Position numbers and translations under genes: made by a program
The notes under the pieces: generated by a model
Told to the model about the DNA's origin: nothing
The model's database searches: none
Seen by the model: the letters and a program-made list of their open reading frames with translations, nothing else
In this document: positions 36,847 through 48,305 of the stretch, piece after piece
Layout: the number at the start of each line of letters is the position of its first letter
Position numbering within the stretch: position 1 is the stretch's first letter
DNA from: Octopus bimaculoides
Taxonomy: Eukaryota
DNA length: 64,000 nt
Reading direction: 5' to 3'
Assembly: GCF_001194135.2 (NCBI RefSeq)
Contig: NC_069001.1
Location: 6,016,727-6,080,726 of the forward strand

Positions 36847-37667
36847 NNNNNNNNNNTACAGATGCAGGTGTGTCCATGATGTGTTTTATATATATATATA
36901 TGTGTGTGTATGTATATATATATATATATATATATATACAAACTTATATATACGTACTATAGTTGTATATGTGTGTGTGTGCGTGTGTGTGTGTGTGTAT
37001 ATATCTCTGTGTGTGCGCGCGTGTGTGTATGTACTTACAAACACACAAACAAATTTACAATACACACATACATATATCTCTATGAAACCTAATAAATCCA
37101 ATTAAATTTTCAGCCGAACATCAAAGGACAATTCTAACGAAATCTCAAAGGATGGAATCCCCACACACCTATACACACACACACACACACACGGACAAAC
37201 ACACACACACACACACACATACACACAAGCACACAGTGACACAGAATCACATACCGCATATTCACAAATACATGCATCTATTCACTAATACTTAGAAGCA
37301 GACACACACAAATAAGCATGTTCCGACATAAACATAGTTATACGTACATACACATAGTTATACGTACATATATATATATATATATATATGGAGAGAGAGA
37401 GAGAGATAGAGTGAGTGAGTGAGAGAGATGCACACACGTCGAGTCCATTACATCAACATTCACCGGCATGCCTTGCTCGTTGTATTTCCGTTCCGTAAAT
37501 ACATGTAATCACATACTCAGACACGCATATGCTTACAGATCACAGTCACCTAAAGTTCTTGTTTGCACAGATACCTTGTGCCTCATGCGTAAACATACAT
37601 ACGCAAATGCCTCCACCGACAGCAAAAATTCATATCTCGCAGCCTCGTTCTCAGAAGCATATATGAT

Positions 37668-37741
<74 letters not shown>

Positions 37742-37751
37742 CACATGGATG

Positions 37752-37820
<69 letters not shown>

Positions 37821-39077
37821 GTTTCTTTATTAGCCACAAAGGGCTCAACACAGAGTGGACAAAATACAAATGTANNNNNNNNNNNNNNNNNNNNNNNNNN
37901 NNNNNNNNNNNNNNNNNNNNNNNNNNNNNNNNNNNNNNNNNNNNNNNNNNNNNNNNNNNNNNNNNNNNNNNNNNNNNNNNNNNNNNNNNNNNNNNNNNNN
38001 NNNNNNNNNNNNNNNNNNNNNNNNNNNNNNNNNNNNNNNNNNNNNNNNNNNNNNNNNNNNNNNNNNNNNNNNNNNNNNNNNNNNNNNNNNNNNNNNNNNN
38101 NNNNNNNNNNNNNNNNNNNNNNNNNNNNNNNNNNNNNNNNNNNNNNNNNNNNNNNNNNNNNNNNNNNNNNNNNNNNNNNNNNNNNNNNNNNNNNNNNNNN
38201 NNNNNNNNNNNNNNNNNNNNNNNNNNNNNNNNNNNNNNNNNNNNNNNNNNNNNNNNNNNNNNNNNNNNNNNNNNNNNNNNNNNNNNNNNNNNNNNNNNNN
38301 NNNNNNNNNNNNNNNNNNNNNNNNNNNNNNNNNNNNNNNNNNNNNNNNNNNNNNNNNNNNNNNNNNNNNNNNNNNNNNNNNNNNNNNNNNNNNNNNNNNN
38401 NNNNNNNNNNNNNNNNNNNNNNNNNNNNNNNNNNNNNNNNNNNNNNNNATATAATACAAAGAATATATATACATGTATACACACATATATGTACATACTT
38501 ACATCTACATGTGTATATACATGCATATCAGGGTACAGGACGTTAGAACAATAAACTACAGACAACGGAACGAACATATAGGAAAACGGAAAGCCACTTG
38601 GAATATCCCTTCATCAGCTGTCTCTATTCTATCTAGACGTTTCGAAGATATATATATATATATGCACCGATGTATGCTTCTGTATTCACTTCTCACGCAT
38701 ACAGACACCAACGGACATGTTTAATACATACACGCTGACATAAGCATATAATTATCTTTAGATAAATCCAAGTCATACATATATATATATGCACACATAC
38801 GGACATATTCGCATGCATGCATGCATACATACACATAAACACGCACATACATGTGCAAGCTTTACACAAACATAAATACATGTGCATAGTATTGGGGTGG
38901 AATGGCGGAATGGCGGAGACATATGTCCAAGCGAAACAGTCTGTGTAGTGAAAAATCCTACTCTGGAATTCTTGGACCATTTCTGAGTGAAATGACAGGT
39001 TTACCGTTTGAAAGTGTCTTCTAATGAATATGTTGTGTTGTCCAAAGTCAACTTGATTAATGAGAGGAATCGATAAT

Positions 39078-39080
39078 GGC

Positions 39081-39145
<65 letters not shown>

Positions 39146-39238
39146 TAATTTGAAGAAGAAGAAGAAGAAGAAGAAGAAGAAGAAGAAGAAGAAGAAGAAG
39201 AAGAAGAAGAAGAAGAAGAAGAAGAAGAAGAAGAAGAA
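39078..39238. repeat. (AAT)n followed by (GAA)n
   Basis: Direct inspection. Confidence 0.97.
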
Positions 39239-39514
39239 CGGTAACAGATTGAATGTTACCGTTATTGGTTGAAGCTGATGAACATAAAGAGAGCTGTAAA
39301 GCCATGCGTAGCGACAGCGGCTTTGGAAACGGTTAAGATTACAAGAAGGACAAGAACATACCAAAGCTAAGATTATACATTAGGGGATGTATGTATGTGT
39401 ATGTATGTATATATATATAAACTTACTTGGAAATGGATACGTGGCGGTCAATTAAATAATAATATAAATAATATATATAAACATATATATATATATATAT
39501 ATATATAAGCAATG

Positions 39515-39556
<42 letters not shown>

Positions 39557-40569
39557 NNNNNNNNNNNNNNNNNNNNNNNNNNNNNNNNNNNNNNNNNNNN
39601 NNNNNNNNNNNNNNNNNNNNNNNNNNNNNNNNNNNNNNNNNNNNNNNNNNNNNNNNNNNNNNNNNNNNNNNNNNNNNNNNNNNNNNNNNNNNNNNNNNNN
39701 NNNNNNNNNNNNNNNNNNNNNNNNNNNNNNNNNNNNNNNNNNNNNNNNNNNNNNNNNNNNNNNNNNNNNNNNNNNNNNNNNNNNNNNNNNNNNNNNNNNN
39801 NNNNNNNNNNNNNNNNNNNNNNNNNNNNNNNNNNNNNNNNNNNNNNNNNNNNNNNNNNNNNNNNNNNNNNNNNNNNNNNNNNNNNNNNNNNNNNNNNNNN
39901 NNNNNNNNNNNNNNNNNNNNNNNNNNNNNNNNNNNNNNNNNNNNNNNNNNNNNNNNNNNNNNNNNNNNNNNNNNNNNNNNNNNNNNNNNNNNNNNNNNNN
40001 NNNNNNNNNNNNNNNNNNNNNNNNNNNNNNNNNNNNNNNNNNNNNNNNNNNNNNNNNNNNNNNNNNNNNNNNNNNNNNNNNNNNNNNNNNNNNNNNNNNN
40101 NNNNNNNNNNNNNNNNNNNNNNNNNNNNNNNNNNNNNNNNNNNNNNNNNNNNNNNNNNNNNNNNNNNNNNNNNNNNNNNNNNGATTACGACGACGGCGAC
40201 AACGACGACGATGATGATGATGGGGAGAAGCAGAATATTTGATAGTTTTACAGTGTGTGTTTATGTGTCTGCATATGTGTGACAGTTTATGACTGTATGT
40301 GTGTGTGTGTGTGTGTGTACGTGTCTGTGTACGTGCGTGTGTGTGTGTATGTGTATGTTTCCAATTACAGATGTCCTTGCATGTATTAATCTACGTGTTT
40401 TGAATTTCGTATGATTACATATGTGCGTGTGAGTGTGTGTGCGTGTGTGTGTGTGCGTGCGCGCGTGTGTGTGTGTGCAATGCTACTCGTGTGAATATAC
40501 TCTTCCTACACGTGAGACGTCAGGAATGTTTTACATATCTTCATAGTTTCATTAATGGTTTATAATTAA

Positions 40570-40740
40570 AATTTCGTAATTAGCCGTATCCTTTCTGGTT
40601 TCTTAAGATTTGTGGTGGAGTAGTTAGTTATATATCCAAGTGATCTAATAATTATAGGTATAATTCTTAATCTATAATCCAGGTGTAGTGCTAGCAGGTT
40701 TCTCATTAGCTCAGCAATGATGGTTTCCTCTTCTAACGTT
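40570..40740 (-). mobile_element. Decayed RLE C-terminal fragment, probably the same element as 41430-41890
   Basis: Reads KTLEEETIIAELMRNLLALHLDYRLRIIPIIIRSLGYIT; the IPIIIxSLGxI motif resembles IPIIVGALGII at 43354-43710. Same strand and correct order relative to the RT piece. Confidence 0.5.
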
Positions 40741-41429
40741 TTCTGTCTGTCTGTTTGTCTCTCTGTCTGTATGTATGCATGTATGTATGTATGTATGTAT
40801 GTATTCGTGTATGTGTGTATGCATGTATGAATGTATGTATGTGTGTAGGCATGTATGTGTGTGTGTATGTATGTATGTATGTATGTATACATGTGTATGT
40901 ATGTATGTGTGCATATGTATGTATGCAAGTGTGTATGTATGTGTGTATGCATGTATGTACGTATGTGTGTGTATGCATGTATATATGTATGTATGTGCGT
41001 GTATGTATGTATGTATGTATGTACGCATGTATGTATGCATGTATGTATGTAAGTATGTGTGTGTATGCATGTATGTATGTATATATGTTTGTATTGTTCA
41101 GCAGGTCATTTTTAGTTGTGGTTGTTTGTTTGTTTGTTTGCTTTTTGCAGAGGGTGGAACAAGTTTNNNNNNNNNNNNNNNNNNNNNNNNNNNNNNNNNN
41201 NNNNNNNNNNNNNNNNNNNNNNNNNNNNNNNNNNNNNNNNNNNNNNNNNNNNNNNNNNNNNNNNNNNNNNNNNNNNNNNNNNNNNNNNNNNNNNNNNNNN
41301 NNNNNNNNNNNNNNNNNNNNNNNNNNNNNNNNNNNNNNNNNNNNNNNNNNNNNNNNNNNNNNNNNNNNNNNNNNNNNNNNNNNNNNNNNNNNNNNNNNNN
41401 NNNNNNAGTTGTGGTTGTTTGTTTGTTTG

Positions 41430-41754
41430 TTTGCTTTTTGCAGAGGGTGGAACAAGTTTCCCACTTCTAACCACCAAAAATACAAATTTGAATTCTTCCA
41501 ATTCAATGTAAAATGTTACAAAATAAGTTCCAGTTATTTTTTGATTTGGTTCATTTTCTGGCTCATACAGCACCAGGTTATCCACAATAAGGTAAAAAAA
41601 GAAAACGTTTACTAGGTTCAGGGTATACATTTCTGTACGAACTATATTTTGTGAACGTATATGAAAATTAGCTTAAAGCGAGGTCAAAAAGCAGCAGTGA
41701 CAAGCCAACACCTTGCGGGATGCCTTTTTGATAATACATGGTGTTTGATTTTTT

Positions 41755-41791
<37 letters not shown>

Positions 41792-41890
41792 TTATCATTT
41801 CTGAAAAGTGAAGTCGTGTACCGAGTCTTGGTCGAGTGCTGAATCGTAGCGATCGCAATCAGTGGTCGTGGAACTTTAGCTAATTGCAAT
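41430..41890 (-). mobile_element. Highly decayed reverse-transcriptase fragment (R4/Dong-like non-LTR element)
   Basis: Minus strand: RYTTSLFRNDN-(polyA)-SNTMYYQKGIPQGVGLSLLLFDLALS*, then ~40 codons later (one frameshift) YLIVDNLVLYEPENE, then IELEEFKFVFLVVRSGKLV. These are colinear with the GIxQGDSLSPLLFxLAL, HLLYMDDLKLY and GMEFG..KC..L....GK motifs. Confidence 0.62.
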
Positions 41891-43061
41891 ACTTTGATAA
41901 TCCACCCATGTGGTGTCGTATCAAAGGCTTCCTCAGAGATCAGTCACAGCACAAATAAATCCCTACCGTTTTTATTGTCTTTTTCGTGTATCATATCGTT
42001 GATTAGTGCCCGCTCTGTATAGCCCTAGACATCTTTCTTTCTCCCTCCCCCACCTTGTTCATATGTTATATTTATATATCTGTATGTAAGTATGTATGAT
42101 TGTATATATATGTATGTATATGCACGTATGTATATACATATATGTATGCGAGTGTATATGTGTATCTATGTATATATAGAGAAAGACGAAAACAATCATA
42201 GGTATGTGTGTGTATTTATATATATGTGTGTATGTGTGCATGTGTGTGTGTATAAATGTATGTGTATATATATATATTTATATATTTATGTATATATATA
42301 TATGTGAATATATATATATATGTATATACATGTGTNNNNNNNNNNNNNNNNNNNNNNNNNNNNNNNNNNNNNNNNNNNNNNNNNNNNNNNNNNNNNNNNN
42401 NNNNNNNNNNNNNNNNNNNNNNNNNNNNNNNNNNNNNNNNNNNNNNNNNNNNNNNNNNNNNNNNNNNNNNNNNNNNNNNNNNNNNNNNNNNNNNNNNNNN
42501 NNNNNNNNNNNNNNNNNNNNNNNNNNNNNNNNNNNNNNNNNNNNNNNNNNNNNNNNNNNNNNNNNNNNNNNNNNNNNNNNNNNNNNNNNNNNNNNNNNNN
42601 NNNNNNNNNNNNNNNNNNNNNNNNNNNNNNNNNNNNNNNNNNNNNNNNNNNNNNNNNNNNNNNNNNNNNNNNNNNNNNNNNNNNNNNNNNNNNNNNNNNN
42701 NNNNNNNNNNNNNNNNNNNNNNNNNNNNNNNNNNNNNNNNNNNNNNNNNNNNNNNNNNNNNNNNNNNNNNNNNNNNNNNNNNNNNNNNNNNNNNNNNNNN
42801 NNNNNNNNNNNNNNNNNNNNNNNNNNNNNNNNNNNNNNNNNNNNNNNNNNNNNNNNNNNNNAAATTATTAAGTCCAATAATTTATAAACATCGTATTATT
42901 AAACTGGAAAAATTATCAGAAAAGCCATTTCTATTAATATTTTCGAATATACATATATAATCACACACACACATACACACACATATGTATATATATGTAT
43001 GTATGTATGGATGGATGGATGGATGGATGGATGGATGGATGGATGGATGGATGGATAAATG

Positions 43062-43090
<29 letters not shown>

Positions 43091-43092
<2 letters not shown>

Positions 43093-43287
43093 GGCGGCTA
43101 GCTTGTGGAATCGTTAGAGCCTTAGAAAAAAATGTTTCATTGTATTTGTTCTGAGTTGAAAATCCCACCAAGATCAACTTTGCCTTTCTTCTTTCGGGAT
43201 CAACGCGATTAAGTATTTGTCGATGGCAGCGACTAATCCCAAACACACACTATTAAAATTGCTGGTCTGGTACCTAAATCAGAAGCC
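43091..43287 (+). mobile_element. SINE family A (diverged), tail runs into (ATT)n
   Basis: AAGGCGGCTAGCTTGTGGAATCGTTAG head, ACTTTGCCTTTC core, AAAATTGCTGG...AGAAGCC tail. Confidence 0.7.
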
Positions 43288-43321
43288 ATTATTATTATTA
43301 TAATTACTATCATTATTATTA

Positions 43322-43353
<32 letters not shown>

Positions 43354-43356
<3 letters not shown>

Positions 43357-43709
43357 TAGTTTTATTTTTATAACGTGCTTTCACTTCACTACCGAGCGCA
43401 GCTCTGTGCGCCTTGGGTATGTGCTGTGGTTTGCTGTGGTGCTCTTATGTTTACTGTATTGAAAGTGTTTTGCGTAGAATGTGTGCAGTACCCAGTAGTG
43501 CAATTTTCTGTATGTTATATATATTTGTAAGTCCTGGTGTTTTTGTTATGTATTTGTCTGAATATTTTTTTATTATACCTAAGGCACCTACTATGATAGG
43601 AATTGTTTCTGTTTTTAGATTCCACATTCGAGTTATCTCTATTTCCAGGTCTTTGTATTTTGAAAGTTTTTCCATTTCTTTTAGAGAAACGTTGTCATCT
43701 GCTGGTATT

Positions 43710-43710
<1 letters not shown>
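43354..43710 (-). mobile_element. 5'-truncated RLE-type non-LTR retrotransposon (R4/Dong-like), 3' end
   Basis: Minus strand reads IPADDNVSLKEMEKLSKYKDLEIEITRMWNLKTETIPIIVGALGII...QKIALLGTAHILRKTLSIQ*, the C-terminal restriction-like endonuclease region, then ~95 nt of 3'UTR. Flanked on both sides by (ATT)n; Dong elements are known to target (TAA)n. Confidence 0.85.
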
Positions 43711-43746
<36 letters not shown>

Positions 43747-43767
43747 TATTATTATTTCATCGTTTAG

Positions 43768-43894
43768 CCATGGAGGTGGACAAGTTGATAGCCAGTGTAC
43801 GCACGAAGACCAGATGCCCTTGTTATAAATGTGTCAACAAAAACAAAGGATATTTAATCATGGTTGCCTTGATGGGAAAGATGTACCGAAACGT
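43768..43894 (+). CDS. molo-1: MOLO-1-like protein, second coding exon
   Basis: Acceptor TTTAG|CC matches phase 1 (G+CC = Ala). Encodes AMEVDKLIASVRTKTRCPCYKCVNKNKGYLIMVALMGKMYRNV, with CPC and GY.I.VAL..KM motifs. Consensus donor GT|GTAAGT at 43895 (phase 2). Confidence 0.88.
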
Positions 43895-44084
43895 GTAAGT
43901 AAGGAAATTATTTGATTAAATTTGACAAATGTAAATTGCAGAAAGAGGTGTCGAGTTCTTGGCGATCATTGCTTTGAACAAGTGTAATAATTGCTCAGTA
44001 AATAAATCTTTCTTTGTGGAAAGATTTCCCTTAATAATGAATTCCTTCATTTGCTTATTTGCGCGCGCGCGCGTGTGTTTGTGT

Positions 44085-44292
44085 GTGTTTCTTTCTGTTT
44101 GTCCCCTCACCATCGCTTGACAACTGATGTTAGTGTGTTTATGTCCCCGTAACTTAGTGGTTCAGCAAAAGAAACTGATAGAATAAGTACTAGGCTTACA
44201 AGGAATAAGTCATTGGGTCGATCTGTTCGACTAAAGGCAATGCTCCAGTATGGCCACAGTCAAATGACTGAAACAAGCAAAAGAATAAAAGA
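44085..44292 (+). mobile_element. SINE family B tail
   Basis: Matches the family-B tail; preceded by (GC)n(GT)n. Confidence 0.8.
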
Positions 44293-44297
44293 ATATA

Positions 44298-44428
44298 TCC
44301 CTTTTCTACTCTAGGCACAAGGTCCTAAATTTTGGGGGAGGGGGCCAGTCGATTAGATCAACGCCAGTACACAACTGGTACTTAATTTATCGACCCCGAA
44401 AGGATGAAAAGCAAAGTCCACCTCGGCA
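44298..44428 (-). mobile_element. SINE family A (core + tail, cut by gap)
   Basis: Reverse complement of the family-A core and tail. Confidence 0.8.
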
Positions 44429-44438
44429 NNNNNNNNNN

Positions 44439-44472
<34 letters not shown>

Positions 44473-44474
<2 letters not shown>

Positions 44475-44630
44475 GACTCAGTTTCCATCAATCAAGTCCA
44501 CTCACCAGGCTTTGGTCAGCCCGAGGTTATAGTAGAAGACACTGGCCGAAGGTGCTACGCAGTGAGACTGAACCTGGAGCTATGCTGTTGGGAAATAAAC
44601 GTCTTACCACATAGCCACTCGTACGCCTAT
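44473..44630 (-). mobile_element. SINE family B head
   Basis: Reverse complement of the head. Confidence 0.75.
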
Positions 44631-44983
44631 ACAGAACTTCCTTTTTTTTATTTTGTTGTATAGAGTTCAAATTAAAATATAAATTCGGTAAAGGATCGTG
44701 TATATGACAGTTGAATTATTAAGAACTGATGTTTAAATCAGATATGATGCCAATATTATCGCGATCAATTGTCTATTAAAAATAGCAATATGGCTTCTCT
44801 ACAGGATTTGATGATGACAAGCCAAAAGAATAAAGAAACGGCAAGATGTAATCGTTCAGTTGTAAAGTACACATCCTCTCTTGTTAAATTTAATTACGAA
44901 CTGAACGTTCCTATATCAAAATACTAAATCATAAAGTATGAAATATCAGTTACTACAACTGCCCAACGCATTGTTGTTAACTG

Positions 44984-45200
44984 AAAGGCGGTGAGCTGGC
45001 AGAATCGTTAGCGCGCCGGGCGAAATGCTTGGCGGTATTTCGTCCGTCTTCACATTCTGAGTTCAAATTCCATCGAGGTCGGCCTTGACTTTCATCCTTT
45101 TGGGGTTGACAAATTACGTATTAGTGAAGCACTGGGATCGATGTAATCGACTAGTTCCCTCGCCCAAAATTCCAGGCCTTGTGCCTATAATAGAAAGGAT
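44984..45200 (+). mobile_element. SINE family A (full length)
   Basis: Head, core and tail with ATT tail start. Confidence 0.85.
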
Positions 45201-45234
45201 TATTGCTAACTGCACCGAATCTTAATACAATGTG

Positions 45235-45872
45235 AAGGCGCATGGCTTAGTCGTTAGGGTACTCGGCTCACGGCCGTAAGGTCGTGAGATCGATTCCTTG
45301 TGATGCTTTGTGTCCTTCAGAAAGACGCTTTATTTTACACGGCTGGCAAAAATGAGTTGCATCTGTAATTCAAAGGGCCACCTTTGTCCCATTCTGTGTC
45401 ACGTTGAATCTCACTGAGAACTACGTTAAATGTACTCATGTCTGTGGAGTGCTCAGCCACTTGCACATTAATTTCCCAAGCAGGCTGTTCCGTTGATCGG
45501 TTCAACTGGAACACTCGTCGTCGTAACCGACGGAGTGCCACATAAGTTATATATATATGTATGTATGTATGTACGTATCCATGAGTGGATTAGATCTTAG
45601 GACGTTTGGCTCACGAGTTCGATTCTTAGTTTTGCGTTGTGTCCTTGAGCAAGACACTTTATTTCACGCTGCTCCAGTTCCAATTAGCTGGCAAAAATAA
45701 GTAGTACCTGTATTTCAAAAGGACCAGCCTTTTCATGTTCTGTGTCACGCTGAATCTCCTTGAGAACTACATAAGGTTATACGTTCAGCCACTTGCACGT
45801 TAATATCGCGAGGAGGCTGTTCTGTTGATTGGATCAACTGGAATGGTTATCGTCGTAACCGACGAAGTGCTA
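45235..45872 (+). mobile_element. Two tandem SINE family C copies
   Basis: tRNA-like head GGCGCATGGCTTAG...TCGATTC, TGTGTCCTTGAGCAAGACAC core, tail ending GTAACCGACGGAGTGC. Copies at 45235-45541 and ~45580-45872. Confidence 0.82.
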
Positions 45873-46538
45873 GTAAATACGATAACAGAATTTATGGATT
45901 TCACTTAAGTGTCATTGGTCAACTAGAGCAAAGATGATCAAGGGTTAATAAACAACAAAAGAAGGCAACAGCAACAATAAAAGAAATAAAACAACAAAAC
46001 CAAGAATAATAACAGCGAAGAGGAGTTTTTTTTTCCTGCTGCTTAGTCCTAAGCGAGCTTTTTGATCCAACAGAATTATAACTCAAAGGCATTCAAGCCG
46101 GAACCATCACATTTTTTTTTCTGGCATGATTCCACATTCTTCGAGGTGTCCTTAATTTTTTTTAAGACAGTAAAATGTGATTTCGAGGAAGATTTTGGGT
46201 GTTGTTTATAGCAAATCAAACGACTACGTAAAATATTTCTTATTGGCTTGAGACTCTCAAGGTTATAAAAACTGGAAGTGGTTTAAAGAAGTGTTTACGT
46301 CACGTATGAATAATGGATTCTTTCTATAGAGAGATAAAAACAGATAACTATTCCAGTTGGTGTGAGGATGTAAGAGGGAATGTTACAAAGACTTGAGAAC
46401 AAAGAGCTGTGTTATGAAAACTTGAGCTTCAGGAAGTAACCAGGGAAAGTTTAAAATGTGGTTTTACAGATCTGTCTAAATAAATATTAAGCCTTCAGCA
46501 TTTGGAAAATGCTAACATATACCTAATGGTATAATAAC

Positions 46539-46935
46539 TCTTTCTGATTTTGGCACAAATTCAAAGATTGTGAAAGGAGGAGATAAGTTGTTGTCATCGA
46601 CTCCAGTATTTGACTGGTACTTTGTTGATCGACCCCCGAATAGATGAAGAGCGAAATCGACCTCGATGGCATCCGAAAACAGAACGAAAAGAGCCAGAAG
46701 AAAAACCCCTGCTAAGCATTTTGTCCGACGTGCTAACGATTCTGCCAAGTCGCTGCTTTACCTAAAGGGATAACAATGACATTTATTGTACGGTGTCAGG
46801 CATATTTAGTTATCTTTGATGCATTGAAAATTCTATAATGTAATATTGATTTCAAATTTTAGCACAACACCAGCAATTTCGGAGAAGGGGGAGGAAAATA
46901 GTCGATTACATCGACCTCAGTATTTCGCTGGTACC
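46539..46935 (-). mobile_element. SINE family A: one diverged full copy (46539-46759) and one tail fragment (46845-46935)
   Basis: Reverse-complement matches to head, core and tail. Confidence 0.72.
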
Positions 46936-47532
46936 AATCAAGGCCTTGCGAGTGGATTTGGTAGAGGGAAACTGAAAGAAGCCCGTCGTATACACCTGTC
47001 TGCATGAGTGAATGTGTGTGTGTGTGTGTGTGTGGTGTGGTGTGCGTGTGTGTGTGTGTGTGAGTGTAGGCACAGGCGTGGCTGTGTAGTACGAAGTTAG
47101 CTTCCCAACCACATGGTTCTGGGTTCATTCTCACTGCGTAGCACCTTCAGCAAACGACTTCTACAATAGTCTCGACCCGACCAAAGCCTTGGGAATGGAT
47201 TTGGTTGACGGAAACCGAAAGAAGCCCGTCGTATATATATATATGAGTGTGTGTGTGTGTGTGAGTGTGTGTGTATGTGTGTGTGCATGCATGTGTATGT
47301 GTGCGTGTGTTTGTGTTTGTGTCTGTGTTTGTTCCCCACCACCGCTTAACAGCCGGTGTTGGTGAGTTTACGTCCCCGTAACTTAGCAGCTCGGCGAAAG
47401 AGGATTATAGAATAAGTATCAGGCTTTATATAAATAATAAATACTTGGGATCGATTCGTTCGACTAAAATTCTTCAAGGTGGTGTGCCCCAGCATGGCCG
47501 CAGTTTAATGGCTGAAACAATCAAAAGATAAA
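46936..47532 (+). mobile_element. SINE family B: head fragment (46936-47000) and full-length copy (47068-47532)
   Basis: Head, (TA)/(TG) microsatellite and tail in canonical order. Confidence 0.85.
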
Positions 47533-47934
47533 ACGTAAACGCTATGAAATTCAAAGGTATCCTCTTCTATGATCCTACATTTCTTATGATAACCTCAACA
47601 GTCTATTTAAAGTCGCTACACATAAACAAGCACCGCACCGCAACAGCACCACCATCCCACCTCTGAATAAATCAATAAAACTGCCGCTCAATTTTGACGT
47701 TAGATGAACCAGTTCTCACAATACAAGCTGGCATTCTCTTCGATATTAAGTGGCTTTCTCAGAAATAAAACCTCTTGCACAGATTTATCCAATTCACAAT
47801 GAATAATGTCATCTCTATTGACATGAAACTTTACAGTGTGGTTTTATCCTACTTTTTTTGCATTCGTTGCTCATATACATATAGATATGCATATATACAC
47901 ACACATACACATACATATACATACATACATACAC

Positions 47935-47975
<41 letters not shown>

Positions 47976-48239
47976 TACATATATATACATATATATANNN
48001 NNNNNNNNNNNNNNNNNNNNNNNNNNNNNNNNNNNNNNNNNNNNNNNNNNNNNNNNNNNNNNNNNNNNNNNNNNNNNNNNNNNNNNNNNNNNNNNNNNNN
48101 NNNNNNCAATCGTCGAAGAAAAGCATCACGACTAATTAACTGAATAAATATGTTAAGGTGCTGAACAATCGACCAAAGAAATGCGATATGACATTTTGAA
48201 TTAGTCACATTCTATCAGATTTTCAACGCCTTTCTATCT

Positions 48240-48266
48240 CACACACACACATTCTCTATCTCTCTA

Positions 48267-48305
<39 letters not shown>

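Larger units (their letters stand above)
14149..43767 (+). other. Intron (~29.6 kb, phase 1)
   Basis: GT at 14149 and AG at 43766-43767; joining restores a continuous family-like reading frame. Length includes N gaps. Confidence 0.8.

Noticed and set aside
41114-41459. Perfect 53-bp direct repeat (41114-41166 and 41407-41459)
   Set aside because: Flanks an N gap; assembly artefact rather than a TSD or duplication.
41700-41740. Telomerase RT, suggested by QKGIPQG
   Set aside because: The flanking motifs (LFxLAL, DxLxLY, GKLV) and a downstream RLE-like piece fit an R4/Dong-type retroelement, and the sequence has stops and frameshifts.
43413-43898. 161-aa + strand ORF as a stand-alone gene
   Set aside because: Chance read-through of the antisense retroelement and (ATT)n into true exon 2. 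Only 43768-43894 is coding.
44805-44865. Possible extra coding exon after TCTCTACAG
   Set aside because: Exons 2 and 3 already join in phase with a continuous family pattern, the donors here are weak, and the peptide is not TPM-like.
45235-45310. tRNA genes (also heads at 4604, 9937, 47068)
   Set aside because: A/B-box-like heads lack a complete cloverleaf and continue into SINE cores, so they are tRNA-derived SINE heads.
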